Of a DNA stretch of 64,000 nucleotides, positions 38,501-47,059 are shown one piece after another. A model generated the notes under the pieces. That model was given only the letters and a program-made list of their open reading frames with translations. It was not told where the DNA came from and searched no databases. This DNA is from Myxococcota bacterium. GTDB taxonomy: Bacteria > Myxococcota_A > UBA9160 > JAFDDA01. The position numbers and the translations under genes were made by a program. The stretch lies in the NCBI GenBank assembly GCA_965228475.1, contig OZ245817.1, positions 4,064,001 to 4,128,000 on the forward strand, given 5' to 3'. Positions within the stretch are counted from its first letter, which is position 1; each line of letters begins with the position of its first letter.

Positions 38501-41078
38501 TGCCGTTCGTGTCGCCCGCGATCAGGTTGCTCGCGTCCGAGGAAAAGGCCACGTAGCGGCCGTCGGCGCTGATGTCTCCGATGTGGTGGTCCCCGGCGAC
38601 GGGGTTGCCCAGGGTGTCGAGGCTCACGGTGATCCGGACGAAGCCTTCGTCGAGGATGCCGTCGAGATCGTCGTCCCTGTCGTAGACCTCGAGGAACGAG
38701 CTCGTCTCGTTCTGGTAGGCGATCCAGCGCTGGTTGCTCGAAAAGCGCAGCTCGTCGCCGAGGAACGAACGGTTGGCGACCTGCCAGCTTGCACCCCCTC
38801 GCTCCGACTCGCGAAAGAAGACCAGGCCGTCGGACACCGCCAGGGTCTGCCCGTTGACGTCCGCGATCGGATCGACTGCGAGATCGAGGCCGGCGGTCAG
38901 CTCGGTCGGAGCGGGCGTTTCGATCCGGAAGACTCGCAGGAGCGTGTCCAGACGGTCGCCGTCGCCGTTCAACCCGCCCAAGACCGACGGGGACTCCCAT
39001 CGCTCCGCCTCGAGGAAGGCGGCGATGTCGTCCTCGATCGCCAGCGGCGGGAAACGATAGATCCCGTCCCGGACGCGGGCAGAGGCCCGGCCGGTTCCGC
39101 CGACCCGGCGCGCGATGTCCGCGGAATCCGCACTGTCGTCGATCTTGAGGTCGATGATCGTCTCGTCCGTCGAGTCGCCGTCGAGGTTGAGATCGGTGGA
39201 CTCGAGCCGTTCCGAGCGCACGAACGCGAACAGGTCGTCGGTCTGGGCCAGCGACTCGATCGCGACGGGGTTCAGGGCCTCGGCGGTGTACTCGGCGCTC
39301 GCCAGGAGGATCGGGCCGGTTCCGCCCGAGTAGCGATCGCTGAAGTCGAAGTTGCTCGGACCACACTCCCCGCCGGGACAGGCGCCATCCCCGGTGCACG
39401 CGACCCCGTCGTTGACGCCACCCCGGCAGAGCGCCTGGACGCAGGTCGAGGACGGACACTCGAAGTCGGCGATACAGGCCAGCCCGCCCCGGGTCCCGGC
39501 GGCGCACTCGCGGAACTCGGGGCTCCGGCGCAGCACGCGGATCACGCCGATCTCGGCATCCGTGGACCCGAACAGCGTCGTGTCGGTGCTCGTGGGGTTG
39601 GAGAGTGGGTTGAACAGCGGATCGACTCGTAGCCCCTTCTGCGAGAGCGACTGCAGGAAACGCGCGCCGGGAATCTCGATCGGCGCTCCCGGCGTCTGGT
39701 TCGCCTCGGGCGGCGCCCCAGTGAACGCAGCGATCGAGCTCTGGATCTGGACGAGGCGTGGAATGGGCAGGGTTCGTGGCTGGACGAGAACGCCCCGCCA
39801 GTCCACCGGAATGACCAGGTTGCCCTCGGCGTCCGTCGTGAACTGGACGTCGGCGCCGCTGTTGTTGCAGCTCACCGACGGGTTCCCGGCGGTGCAGATG
39901 TCTTGAAAATCATTGGGCGCGGGCAGCGCCGTCACGCCGGCGAACTGCTCGTGGGCGTTCTCCGGTCCCGCCTCACAGGTCCCGTCGGAGGCGTAGATCC
40001 GGTCGATGCAGGCAACGAGGCCGCCTGGCGCACCTGGCCCCCCGCACTCGGTCGTCGCGAGGGCGCACGGCAGTGCGGCGCCGCTTGGAGAGACCGCAAG
40101 GGTCGTCGGGCCCACGAAAGCGGTATCCGGAAAAGCGAAGGAGATGGCATCGGCCTGGACGCTCGGCGACAGGTCGTCGCGGCAGGTCGCAGTCCCGCCG
40201 CCCAGACTCGCGTTGCAGGCGGCGACCTGACTGACGAATGCGGTGCAGTCCCCACCGGGCCCCGGGATGATCACGGCGTTCGCCGGACCCGAGGGCGGCT
40301 CGAAGAGGACCGTCGTCGTGGCGGGGCTCGCCGAATCGTGCAGGGTGAAGTTGTCGATCGCCCACCAGTCGTTGGCCGCCTGCTTGAGCTCGGCCAGAAT
40401 TCGAAGCTCGTCCACGTCGGCAAGGAGTGCAGCCCAGCTCCCCGAAACGAGCTGCCAGTTCCCGGTCGGCCCCGCGCTCGAGATCGGGATGTCGAAGCCG
40501 CTGCCCCATTGCTCGAAGGGGATGGCCGAGATCTCGGCCTGGTCGGCCTGGTACTCGGCGACGCCTCCGGGGCCTTCGATGCGGATCAGCGCGACCGGGG
40601 CCGTGAGGTACGGGCCGGCATCGAACCCGGTCCAGTGCTCCCACGAGATCCGGTTCACGCCTCGCGCCAGCCAATCGCCGAGGTACTGCGACGGCGCGAG
40701 CAGGCTCGCCACGTCGCCAGCGCTTCCGTCGCCGCCGAACAGCACGCGCCCGGGCGGAGGGTTCCTTCCGGCGTTGAAGAAGAAGGCGTGCGTCCCGAAC
40801 GTCGCCCAGGCTTCCAAGCCGCCTGACTCGAAATCGCTCAGCGTGGCGGCCGAGCCGAAGCTCGTACCCGATTCGCACCCCGCCGGGTCGAGGGCGATGC
40901 GAACCGGGTCACCGGGGCTCGCGAACACCCGGTTCACGCTTCCCGCGGCGCCGCGAAACTCGGTCTCCGGCTGGGGAATGACGTCGCAGTACGAGGCAGC
41001 GGTGCTCGGCAGGAGCGCCGAGGCCAGGACGGCCAGGGCAACGATCGCAAGTGAACCCGCGCGGCAGGAGATCTTCAT
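35493..41078 (-). CDS. giant secreted surface protein A (laminin-B-like domain, Cys-rich repeats, beta-propeller, TSP3 repeats, C-terminal sorting signal)
   Basis: Signal peptide; many DLNGDGD loops; ISADGRYVAF...DTN propeller blades; DNCQDVANGDQLDVDGDGIGDACD; CGNG...EGCD; tail GCGLGPEL-hydrophobic-RRRR; alternative ATG at 41099. Confidence 0.85.
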   Translation of the reverse strand: MKISCRAGSLAIVALAVLASALLPSTAASYCDVIPQPETEFRGAAGSVNRVFASPGDPVRIALDPAGCESGTSFGSAATLSDFESGGLEAWATFGTHAFFFNAGRNPPPGRVLFGGDGSAGDVASLLAPSQYLGDWLARGVNRISWEHWTGFDAGPYLTAPVALIRIEGPGGVAEYQADQAEISAIPFEQWGSGFDIPISSAGPTGNWQLVSGSWAALLADVDELRILAELKQAANDWWAIDNFTLHDSASPATTTVLFEPPSGPANAVIIPGPGGDCTAFVSQVAACNASLGGGTATCRDDLSPSVQADAISFAFPDTAFVGPTTLAVSPSGAALPCALATTECGGPGAPGGLVACIDRIYASDGTCEAGPENAHEQFAGVTALPAPNDFQDICTAGNPSVSCNNSGADVQFTTDAEGNLVIPVDWRGVLVQPRTLPIPRLVQIQSSIAAFTGAPPEANQTPGAPIEIPGARFLQSLSQKGLRVDPLFNPLSNPTSTDTTLFGSTDAEIGVIRVLRRSPEFRECAAGTRGGLACIADFECPSSTCVQALCRGGVNDGVACTGDGACPGGECGPSNFDFSDRYSGGTGPILLASAEYTAEALNPVAIESLAQTDDLFAFVRSERLESTDLNLDGDSTDETIIDLKIDDSADSADIARRVGGTGRASARVRDGIYRFPPLAIEDDIAAFLEAERWESPSVLGGLNGDGDRLDTLLRVFRIETPAPTELTAGLDLAVDPIADVNGQTLAVSDGLVFFRESERGGASWQVANRSFLGDELRFSSNQRWIAYQNETSSFLEVYDRDDDLDGILDEGFVRITVSLDTLGNPVAGDHHIGDISADGRYVAFSSDASNLIAGDTNGSDDVFIHDRDTDEDGIYDEPGFVANVRVSVSSAGVQANNGSSRPRMSDDGRFVVFASSATNMIAGDAFLDSELVIHDRDTDEDGIYDEPGAIASYRASDAVLGVGVAPNDDLFTPAEMSRDGRYVLFRSTASNLIAGDTNLRSDAFILDRDLDGDGIYDESGEAEFVSPSLLDTQWIIPTDMSDDGRVIMGWQPGGLAVIYDRDGDDDGIFDEPGTVSREEVGLSTLGFDTPSQGGTLSSDGRYALVQPFYFGGHPSGSFAPQFVDRVTRIFSFFPDGLGNQPDTSGQIQGDAETVFHAKLLPGGRYLRKPALDGASNDLNGDGDSRDTVLAVADTQAVGPFTVLRFGSAEAVSVRDGNAAFLADESAAGAGVDHNGDGDFDDLVVQLYRNRQAGPAVNLALAADQVAVSSQVVAALASEAQEGLFLNGDGDMDDLVVHLNDTATGTSGTWQNLFLAADDVQTVGGFVAFTVPEADQGAALNGDGDQLDRVLHVYDASGQPVAFLDDQGVARFNPAVDDFVLGEDIIAFRVSEEGEGVNLNGVVPPIVGGVADGDLFDSVMHVMDLSTGRTYNGMQAAIPCPVEACDPRIPYRVLGTKVSFLTLEAQQGGNDLDQSGGPLNLVIQHFNPEALIAGGSMEDACDIVGGAVAGICTVTAAGCASNADCSGGGECYFPPGGCLFDTGSGCNPEVPDSCPGDEFCSPVLGVPGSFTCKDITGPCLTDAECAATEVCVDDGLNPEALFATLEEAEDGRQRYVTRGRCSDGDGSCDNDSQCNEGATCDLGTTTIATAADADGDGLADPIDNCQDVANGDQLDVDGDGIGDACDRQSCGNGIQEYGEGCDHGSQNGIDGVCDSLCAYVGGGNACSDGIDNDGDGLVDLADAGCDDGADTSERSNLLVCDDGRDNDGDYGSDVGGDPGCIAPDGAREDPACSDGLDNDADGFTDYDGGGFGLPDPQCNGNPYVAKEKAGGCGLGPELIGLLGLARLRRRRTRPEGSKSAA

Positions 41079-41132
41079 CGTCAGTGCGTCCCTCATCATG
41101 GACGGAGCTTCCGCAATCCTGGCCGCCGGCTC

Positions 41133-41148
41133 TGTGAAGCACTTCACA
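41133..41148. promoter_or_regulatory. CRP box (class II position) upstream of giant gene A
   Basis: Perfect TGTGA-AGCACT-TCACA; -41.5 geometry gives -10 GAAGCT (41111..41106) and +1 at A41099. Confidence 0.88.
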
Positions 41149-41239
41149 GGAAAGATCGAAAAGTGGGGCGCGAGCCCCCCGAGGAAGTCTGGACGGTGGC
41201 CGTATTGTACTCTCAGGCGGCCCCTCGAGGGACCCTGAG

Positions 41240-41290
41240 TCAGCGCTTTTGGCCGACGCGGGCCCCGATGAGCGGGACGAGGGCGTTCAC
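41240..41290 (-). pseudogene. truncated remnant of methyltransferase 5' end (VNALVPLIGARVGQKR*)
   Basis: First 8 codons identical to the methyltransferase start at 35496, then diverges and stops. Confidence 0.6.
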
Positions 41291-41382
41291 GCGGCGCTCT
41301 TCGACCCCTCCGGGTGCATGCGTCGGCGCCGCAGGCGCGCCAGGGCGAGCAGTCCGATCAGCTCGGGGCCGAGCCCGCAGCC
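41266..41382. repeat. 117-bp direct repeat, copy B
   Basis: Matches 35472..35588, offset 5794 bp. Confidence 0.9.
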
Positions 41383-44300
41383 CGTGCCTTCCTTGTTCAC
41401 CGAAGCGTTCGGGCATTGCGGGTCCGGATCGCTGAAGCCACCGCCGTCGAAATCGGTGAAGCCGTCGCCGTCGTTGTCCAGACCGTCGCTGCAGGCGGGA
41501 TCCTCGCGAAGCCCGCCCGGGAGGAGGCAGCCCGGGTCACCCCCGACGTCCGCACGGTAGTCCCCGTCGTTGTCCCGGCCGTCGTCGCACACCATCACGT
41601 TCGTGCGCTCGCTCGCGTCGGCCGCGTCGTCGCAACCCGGATCGATCAGATCCACCCGGCCATCGCCGTCGTTGTCGATGCCATCGTTGCACGCGGTTCC
41701 GGCGCCCTCGTAGGCGCAGGCCGCGTCGCACACGCCGTCGATCCCGTTCTGGGCGCCGTGGTCGCACCCCTCGCCGTACTCCTGGACCCCGTTCCCGCAC
41801 ACCTCGCGGTCGCAGGCATCCCCGATGCCGTCGCCATCGATGTCTAGCTGGTCGCCGTTGGCGACGTCCTGGCAGTTGTCGATGGGGTCGGCGAGACCGT
41901 CGCCGTCGGCGTCGGCCGCGGTGGCAATCACGAGGACGTCGAGGTCGCAGGTCGCACCCGCGTTGCACTGGGCATCGCTATCGCAAGACCCATCCCCGTC
42001 CGAGCAACGGCCCCGGGTCACGTAGCGCTGGCGGCCATCCTCTTCCTCGCGGATCGAGGCGAAGAGTTGCTCCGGGTTCGACTGGTCCGCGACGCAAACC
42101 TCGGATGCGGAGCACTCATCGTCCGTCAAGCACGGGCCGGTGAATTCCTGGCAGGTGAACGTTCCCGGAGAACCAGGCTGAGGTGCACAGAACTGACTAC
42201 CGCTGCAAGTCACGGGGTTCTCCGGTGCACAGATCGTCCCGGTGTCGGAGAGGCAGCCGCCGGGTGGGAAGTAACAGGTGCTCCCTCCGGTGCAGTCGAG
42301 ATCGCTCGCGCAGCCTTCGCCCGTCGCGGTGCAGAACCCCCCGATGGCTCCGCCGAGGATGTCGCACGCGTCTCCCATCGGCGCCCCAGCAGCCAAGGCA
42401 CCGGCGTTGAAGTGCTGGAGCACGAGGCTCAGAGGCCCCCCGCTCTGGTCCAGGTCGTTTGTCCCCTGCTGCGCCTCGAGGGTGAGGAAGGTGACCTTGT
42501 CGCCCAGAACGCGGTAGGGGACACGCGGATCGCAGGCTTCGACCGGGCACGGAATCGCCGACTGGTTCGAGTTGTAGGTGCGGCCGGTCGCCAGGTCCAT
42601 CACGTGGATCACGGCGTCCAGCAGGTCGGCGTCGGCGACCCCACCGGGAATAGGCGGAACCACGCCGTTGAGATTGACGCCCTCCCCCGCCTCACTGACC
42701 CGAAAGGCGATGATCTGCTCACCCAGGACGAAATCCTCGACTGCGGGGTTGAAGCGCGGTGCGCCAGTTTCGTCGAGGAAGAGAACGGGCTGGCCGGCCC
42801 CATCGTAGACGTGCAGCACGCGGTCGAGCTGATCACCGTCGCCGTTCAGCGCGGCACCTTGGTCAGCCTCCGGGACGGTGAATGCGACGTAGTCACCCCG
42901 GGCCTGAACGTCGTCCGCCGCCAGGAAGAGACTCTGCCAGGTCGCATCGGTGCCGGTTGCCGTGTCGTTCAGGTGGACGACGAAGTCGTCCATGTCGGCA
43001 TCGCCGTTGAGGAACAGGCCTTCGCCGGCCTCGGAGACCAGAGCTGCGACCCACGCGTCCGAAACCGCGACCTGCGATGCCGCCAGGCCGAGGTTGACGG
43101 GACTCCCGACCTGCCGGTTCCTCCACAGGTGGACGACCGAGTCGTCGAAGTCGCTATCGCCATTGAGATCGAGGACCGGATCGGCGGCTTCGTCGCGGAG
43201 CCAGACGGCCGTCCCGTCCGCAATCTGCACGTCCTCGCCCGGGCCAAGGAAGGCCGCGGCTGGCATCGCGGCCTGGGTGTCGAGAACCGAGAGCAGCACG
43301 TCCTCGGCGTCCCCGTCGGAGTTCAGGTCGGCACCGAGATCGAAGCGATCGACCGTCGAGATCATCAGCGTATCGTTGTCGTTGAAGGGCGCGATGGTGT
43401 CCCGCACCACGATGCTGGTGGCATCCGCCGAGACGGGCATCATCCAGGGCCCATCGGCCAGACCCAGGACCAGCGCGTTCCCCCGGAGGCCGGTCTCGAA
43501 ATCGGCGGTCTCGATCCCGAAGCGGGTGAAGCCGACCCGTCGTCCCGATGGATCGAGGCCCAACGCTTGATCGTCGACGACGCCGAGATCCACGATGTCG
43601 ATGCCGTCCGATTCGTCGAAGACACCGTCCTCGTCCGCGTCGCGGTCGACGACGATCGCAGCGACGCACGAGGTGAAGGGACACTCACCGTTCGCGAGGA
43701 AGCTCACGAAGCGCCCGTCGTCGGAGACGTCTGTGAGCTCGACGACGTTGCTCACCCCGGGAAGGGGCATGATCGAGGACACGATGGTCGCGGCGGTGAT
43801 CGTCCCTGGCTCGTCCAACAACCCGTCGTCGTCGGAGTCGCGGTCGAAGACGACCACTTCCGCGTTCACGTTGAGGAAGGCCGCGATGAATCGACCATCC
43901 GGCGTCATCTTGAGCGGCCGATTCGTGGTCGGCAGACCCAGGCCGGCCTCCGTGCCGAGGTCGATCACGACGTTCGGCGGAGCGATCTCATCGTAGATCC
44001 CGTCGCCATCGGGGTCTCGATCGGTGACGAAGACTCCACCGACGAATCCGCCGCCAACCTCGTTTCCGCGCAGGGCGGCGACGTGGCGCCCATCGGACGA
44101 GATCTGCGGAAACACGGTCGCGAAGATCGGCACCGCGAAGTCGAGCAGCGTGGTCGTCGGCAGCCCGGGGCCGGGCCCCTCGTCGAAGATGCCGTCCTCG
44201 TCGGGGTCCCGGTCTCGCACGTAGACGTCGAAGTTCCCGTCGACGTCGCCCGGCCCGAGGGATCGCGTCGCGAGAGCGAGATGGCGCCCGTCGTCACTCA

Positions 44301-46908
44301 GGTCTGCGCCGCCGAAGGTGTAGATGGGGAACGGGTCGCAGATGCCGATGCAGCCGATCTCTGCCCCGGTGTCGGAGAGGCTTTGCCTCGTGATCTCGGT
44401 GGCGCCGGCCTCGTCCAGGATGCCGTCCGCGTCGGTGTCGCGATCCAGCACGAAGTGATCGGGGTCGAAGTTGGTGTCCCCAGCGACCAGGTTGTCGGCA
44501 TCGCTCTCGAAGATCAGGAATCGACCATCGGGCGTGATGTCCCCCGGGAAGGTCATCGAGTTCGGAGCCGGTTCGGGCGACAGCACGACGGTGCTCCGGA
44601 CCGCCGAGTCGAGCTCCGAGCTGCGGTAGAAGAGCAGACCGTCAGAAAGGCGTAGCGGCGCGTCTGCCACCTCCGGGAGGGCGTCGAGTGCCGGGGGCGT
44701 GCCCGTCACGAGCGCGACGGGAGACCCAGCCTCCAGCCGGAAGGCGCGGAGTACGCCATCGACCGTGTCTCCGTCGAGAGTGGAGTCGGAATCGCCCTCG
44801 CCGTACTCGGACTCGACCATCGCCAGGACGTCACCTTCGACGTCGAAGGCCGGGAAGCGGTAGGGGAACACGCGGACCCGCGTGCTTGCACGCCCCGCGG
44901 CGCCCGGAGCGCCGATCTCGACGACCTCGCCCGTTTCGGCGTCGACCATCGAGACGATCGTGGTGTCGTCCTGGTCGCCGTCCAGGTTGAGGTCTGCCGA
45001 CTCGAGGGGCTCGGACCGGACGAACATGAACAGATCGTCGTTGGCGACGAGGCCATCGATCGCTGCCGGGTTCGCTGCCTCGGCCGTGTAGTCGACGCTC
45101 GACAGCAGGACCGGGCCCGTCCCCCCCGCGGAGTAGCGATCGCTGAAGTCGAAGTTCGAGGGTCCGCACTCCCCGCCCGGGCAGGCGCCGTCGCCCGAGC
45201 AGACCAACCCGTCCCGGCTTCCGCCGCGGCAGCGCGCCCGGACGCAGGTCGAAGCCGGGCACTCGAAGTCCGCGATGCAGGCCAGAGCGCCTCGCGGACC
45301 ACCGGCACACTCCTTGAACTCAGGACTCCGGCGAAGAACCCGGATCACTCCGATCTCGGCGTCCGTGGAGCCGAACAGGGTGGTGTCGGAACTCTGGGGG
45401 TCGGAAATCGGGTTGAACAGCGGATCGACCCGCAGCCCTTTCTGGGAAAGCGACTGCAGGAAGCGCAACCCGGGTACCTGGATGGGCGCACCGAGTGTCT
45501 GATTGACCTCCGGTGGGGTGCCCGTGAACGCGGCTACGGAGGTACTGACGCTCACGAGCCGGGGAATGGGCAGGGTCCGGGGCTGAACGAGGACCCCGCG
45601 CCAGTCCACCGGCACGACGACGTTGCCCTCTGCATCGGTCGTGAACTGGACGTCGACACCGCTGTTGTTGCAGCTGACGGAAGGATTGGTTGCGGTGCAG
45701 ATGTCCTGGAAGTCGTTGGGTGCGGGAAGCGCCGTCAGCCCGGCGAACTGTGGGTGGGCGTTCGCGGCGTCGGTCTCACAGGTCCCGTCCTGCGCGTAGA
45801 TCTCGTCCGTACACGCGATGAGACCGGCCGCGGGGCCGAGGTCCGCGCAGCGGTTCGTTGCCAGTTCGCACGGCAACGGACCGCCATCGAAGGTCACCGC
45901 GACGGAGACGGGACCGGCGAAGGACGTTGCCGGGAAGTCCAGAGTCAGCCGATCCGTCGTCGCCGTGATCGCCGGATCCTCGACGCAGGTGGGCATCGGC
46001 CCGCCGAGCTCGGCGCCGCAAGCCGCCAGCTCTGCGGCCATGGCGGCGCAACCCCCGGCGACGGGAGTGACCACCACGGCGTTCGAGGGTCCGGCGGGCG
46101 GCTCGAAGACGAAGGTCACCACGTTGGGCGTGCTCGTCGATTCTTGGAGCGTCAGGTTGTCGATGCCGTAGGAATCGCATGAAGCGTCGCCCAGCTCGCC
46201 GAGGATGAGGACGCTGCTGACGTTCGAGAGCACCTGGTCCCACGTCTCGGCGCCCGCCGCGAGGCTCCAACCGGGCGGCGGACTGCTGCCCGGCGCGACG
46301 GGAATGCTGAAGCTCCCCCAGCTCCCGACGGGAATCGCGTCGATCTCGGCCTGTGAGGGCTCGTACTGGTAGGTGGTTCCAGCTCCGGAAAGGACTCGAA
46401 CGAGCGGGATCGGCACCGTCAGACGGGCGCCTCCGCAAAGACTCACGATCTGGTGGTCCCACGCAATGCCGGTGACACCACGCGCGATCCAGTCGCCGTC
46501 CCAGCTCGAGGGCGCGCTGACACCGGCGTCGGTCGTCGGTGCGATGTCCTGGCCGAACACATGGCCATCGGGGTTGCCACCGGGCGATTGCCAGAAGAAC
46601 AGGTCGTGGAAGCCGCTCACCAACCAGCCCTCGAGATCCGCCGCGAACGGGCTGACCAGCGGGCTGGGCATGCTGTTCGGGAAACTCGTGCCCGCCTCGC
46701 AGCCGGCGGGGGCATCGTCGAGCGAAACCACGAGTGGATCGCCGGCGCTCGCGTACACGCGGTTCAGGCTTCCGACGGCGCCGCGGAACTCGGTCTCGGG
46801 TTGGGGAATGACGTCGCAATACGACACGGCGGGGGTCGGCTGGAGGACGAGGACCAGGGCGACCGCCACGGCCGCCCGAAGAGAGGTGGTGCGAACGGAG
46901 ATCTTCAT
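41287..46908 (-). CDS. giant secreted surface protein B, paralog of A
   Basis: Shares long near-identical blocks with A (YCDVIPQPETEFRGA, VDWRGVLVQPRTLPIPRLV, AIPCPVEACDPR, CGLGPELIGLL); alternative ATG at 46926. Confidence 0.85.
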   Translation of the reverse strand: MKISVRTTSLRAAVAVALVLVLQPTPAVSYCDVIPQPETEFRGAVGSLNRVYASAGDPLVVSLDDAPAGCEAGTSFPNSMPSPLVSPFAADLEGWLVSGFHDLFFWQSPGGNPDGHVFGQDIAPTTDAGVSAPSSWDGDWIARGVTGIAWDHQIVSLCGGARLTVPIPLVRVLSGAGTTYQYEPSQAEIDAIPVGSWGSFSIPVAPGSSPPPGWSLAAGAETWDQVLSNVSSVLILGELGDASCDSYGIDNLTLQESTSTPNVVTFVFEPPAGPSNAVVVTPVAGGCAAMAAELAACGAELGGPMPTCVEDPAITATTDRLTLDFPATSFAGPVSVAVTFDGGPLPCELATNRCADLGPAAGLIACTDEIYAQDGTCETDAANAHPQFAGLTALPAPNDFQDICTATNPSVSCNNSGVDVQFTTDAEGNVVVPVDWRGVLVQPRTLPIPRLVSVSTSVAAFTGTPPEVNQTLGAPIQVPGLRFLQSLSQKGLRVDPLFNPISDPQSSDTTLFGSTDAEIGVIRVLRRSPEFKECAGGPRGALACIADFECPASTCVRARCRGGSRDGLVCSGDGACPGGECGPSNFDFSDRYSAGGTGPVLLSSVDYTAEAANPAAIDGLVANDDLFMFVRSEPLESADLNLDGDQDDTTIVSMVDAETGEVVEIGAPGAAGRASTRVRVFPYRFPAFDVEGDVLAMVESEYGEGDSDSTLDGDTVDGVLRAFRLEAGSPVALVTGTPPALDALPEVADAPLRLSDGLLFYRSSELDSAVRSTVVLSPEPAPNSMTFPGDITPDGRFLIFESDADNLVAGDTNFDPDHFVLDRDTDADGILDEAGATEITRQSLSDTGAEIGCIGICDPFPIYTFGGADLSDDGRHLALATRSLGPGDVDGNFDVYVRDRDPDEDGIFDEGPGPGLPTTTLLDFAVPIFATVFPQISSDGRHVAALRGNEVGGGFVGGVFVTDRDPDGDGIYDEIAPPNVVIDLGTEAGLGLPTTNRPLKMTPDGRFIAAFLNVNAEVVVFDRDSDDDGLLDEPGTITAATIVSSIMPLPGVSNVVELTDVSDDGRFVSFLANGECPFTSCVAAIVVDRDADEDGVFDESDGIDIVDLGVVDDQALGLDPSGRRVGFTRFGIETADFETGLRGNALVLGLADGPWMMPVSADATSIVVRDTIAPFNDNDTLMISTVDRFDLGADLNSDGDAEDVLLSVLDTQAAMPAAAFLGPGEDVQIADGTAVWLRDEAADPVLDLNGDSDFDDSVVHLWRNRQVGSPVNLGLAASQVAVSDAWVAALVSEAGEGLFLNGDADMDDFVVHLNDTATGTDATWQSLFLAADDVQARGDYVAFTVPEADQGAALNGDGDQLDRVLHVYDGAGQPVLFLDETGAPRFNPAVEDFVLGEQIIAFRVSEAGEGVNLNGVVPPIPGGVADADLLDAVIHVMDLATGRTYNSNQSAIPCPVEACDPRVPYRVLGDKVTFLTLEAQQGTNDLDQSGGPLSLVLQHFNAGALAAGAPMGDACDILGGAIGGFCTATGEGCASDLDCTGGSTCYFPPGGCLSDTGTICAPENPVTCSGSQFCAPQPGSPGTFTCQEFTGPCLTDDECSASEVCVADQSNPEQLFASIREEEDGRQRYVTRGRCSDGDGSCDSDAQCNAGATCDLDVLVIATAADADGDGLADPIDNCQDVANGDQLDIDGDGIGDACDREVCGNGVQEYGEGCDHGAQNGIDGVCDAACAYEGAGTACNDGIDNDGDGRVDLIDPGCDDAADASERTNVMVCDDGRDNDGDYRADVGGDPGCLLPGGLREDPACSDGLDNDGDGFTDFDGGGFSDPDPQCPNASVNKEGTGCGLGPELIGLLALARLRRRRMHPEGSKSAA

Positions 46909-46959
46909 GGTTGCGTCCCTCGTCATGGACGGAGCTTCCGCGATCTTCGCCGGTAGCTC

Positions 46960-46975
46960 TGTGAACCACTTCACA
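46960..46975. promoter_or_regulatory. CRP box (class II position) upstream of giant gene B
   Basis: Perfect TGTGA-ACCACT-TCACA; -10 GAAGCT (46938..46933), +1 at A46926. Confidence 0.88.
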
Positions 46976-47059
46976 GGAGACCCGGAAAGTCGGGTCCCCG
47001 AAGGAAGAGCGCCCTGGGGCCGCATTGTACCTGGGCGCGGGGGTCTCATGGACCGCGGG

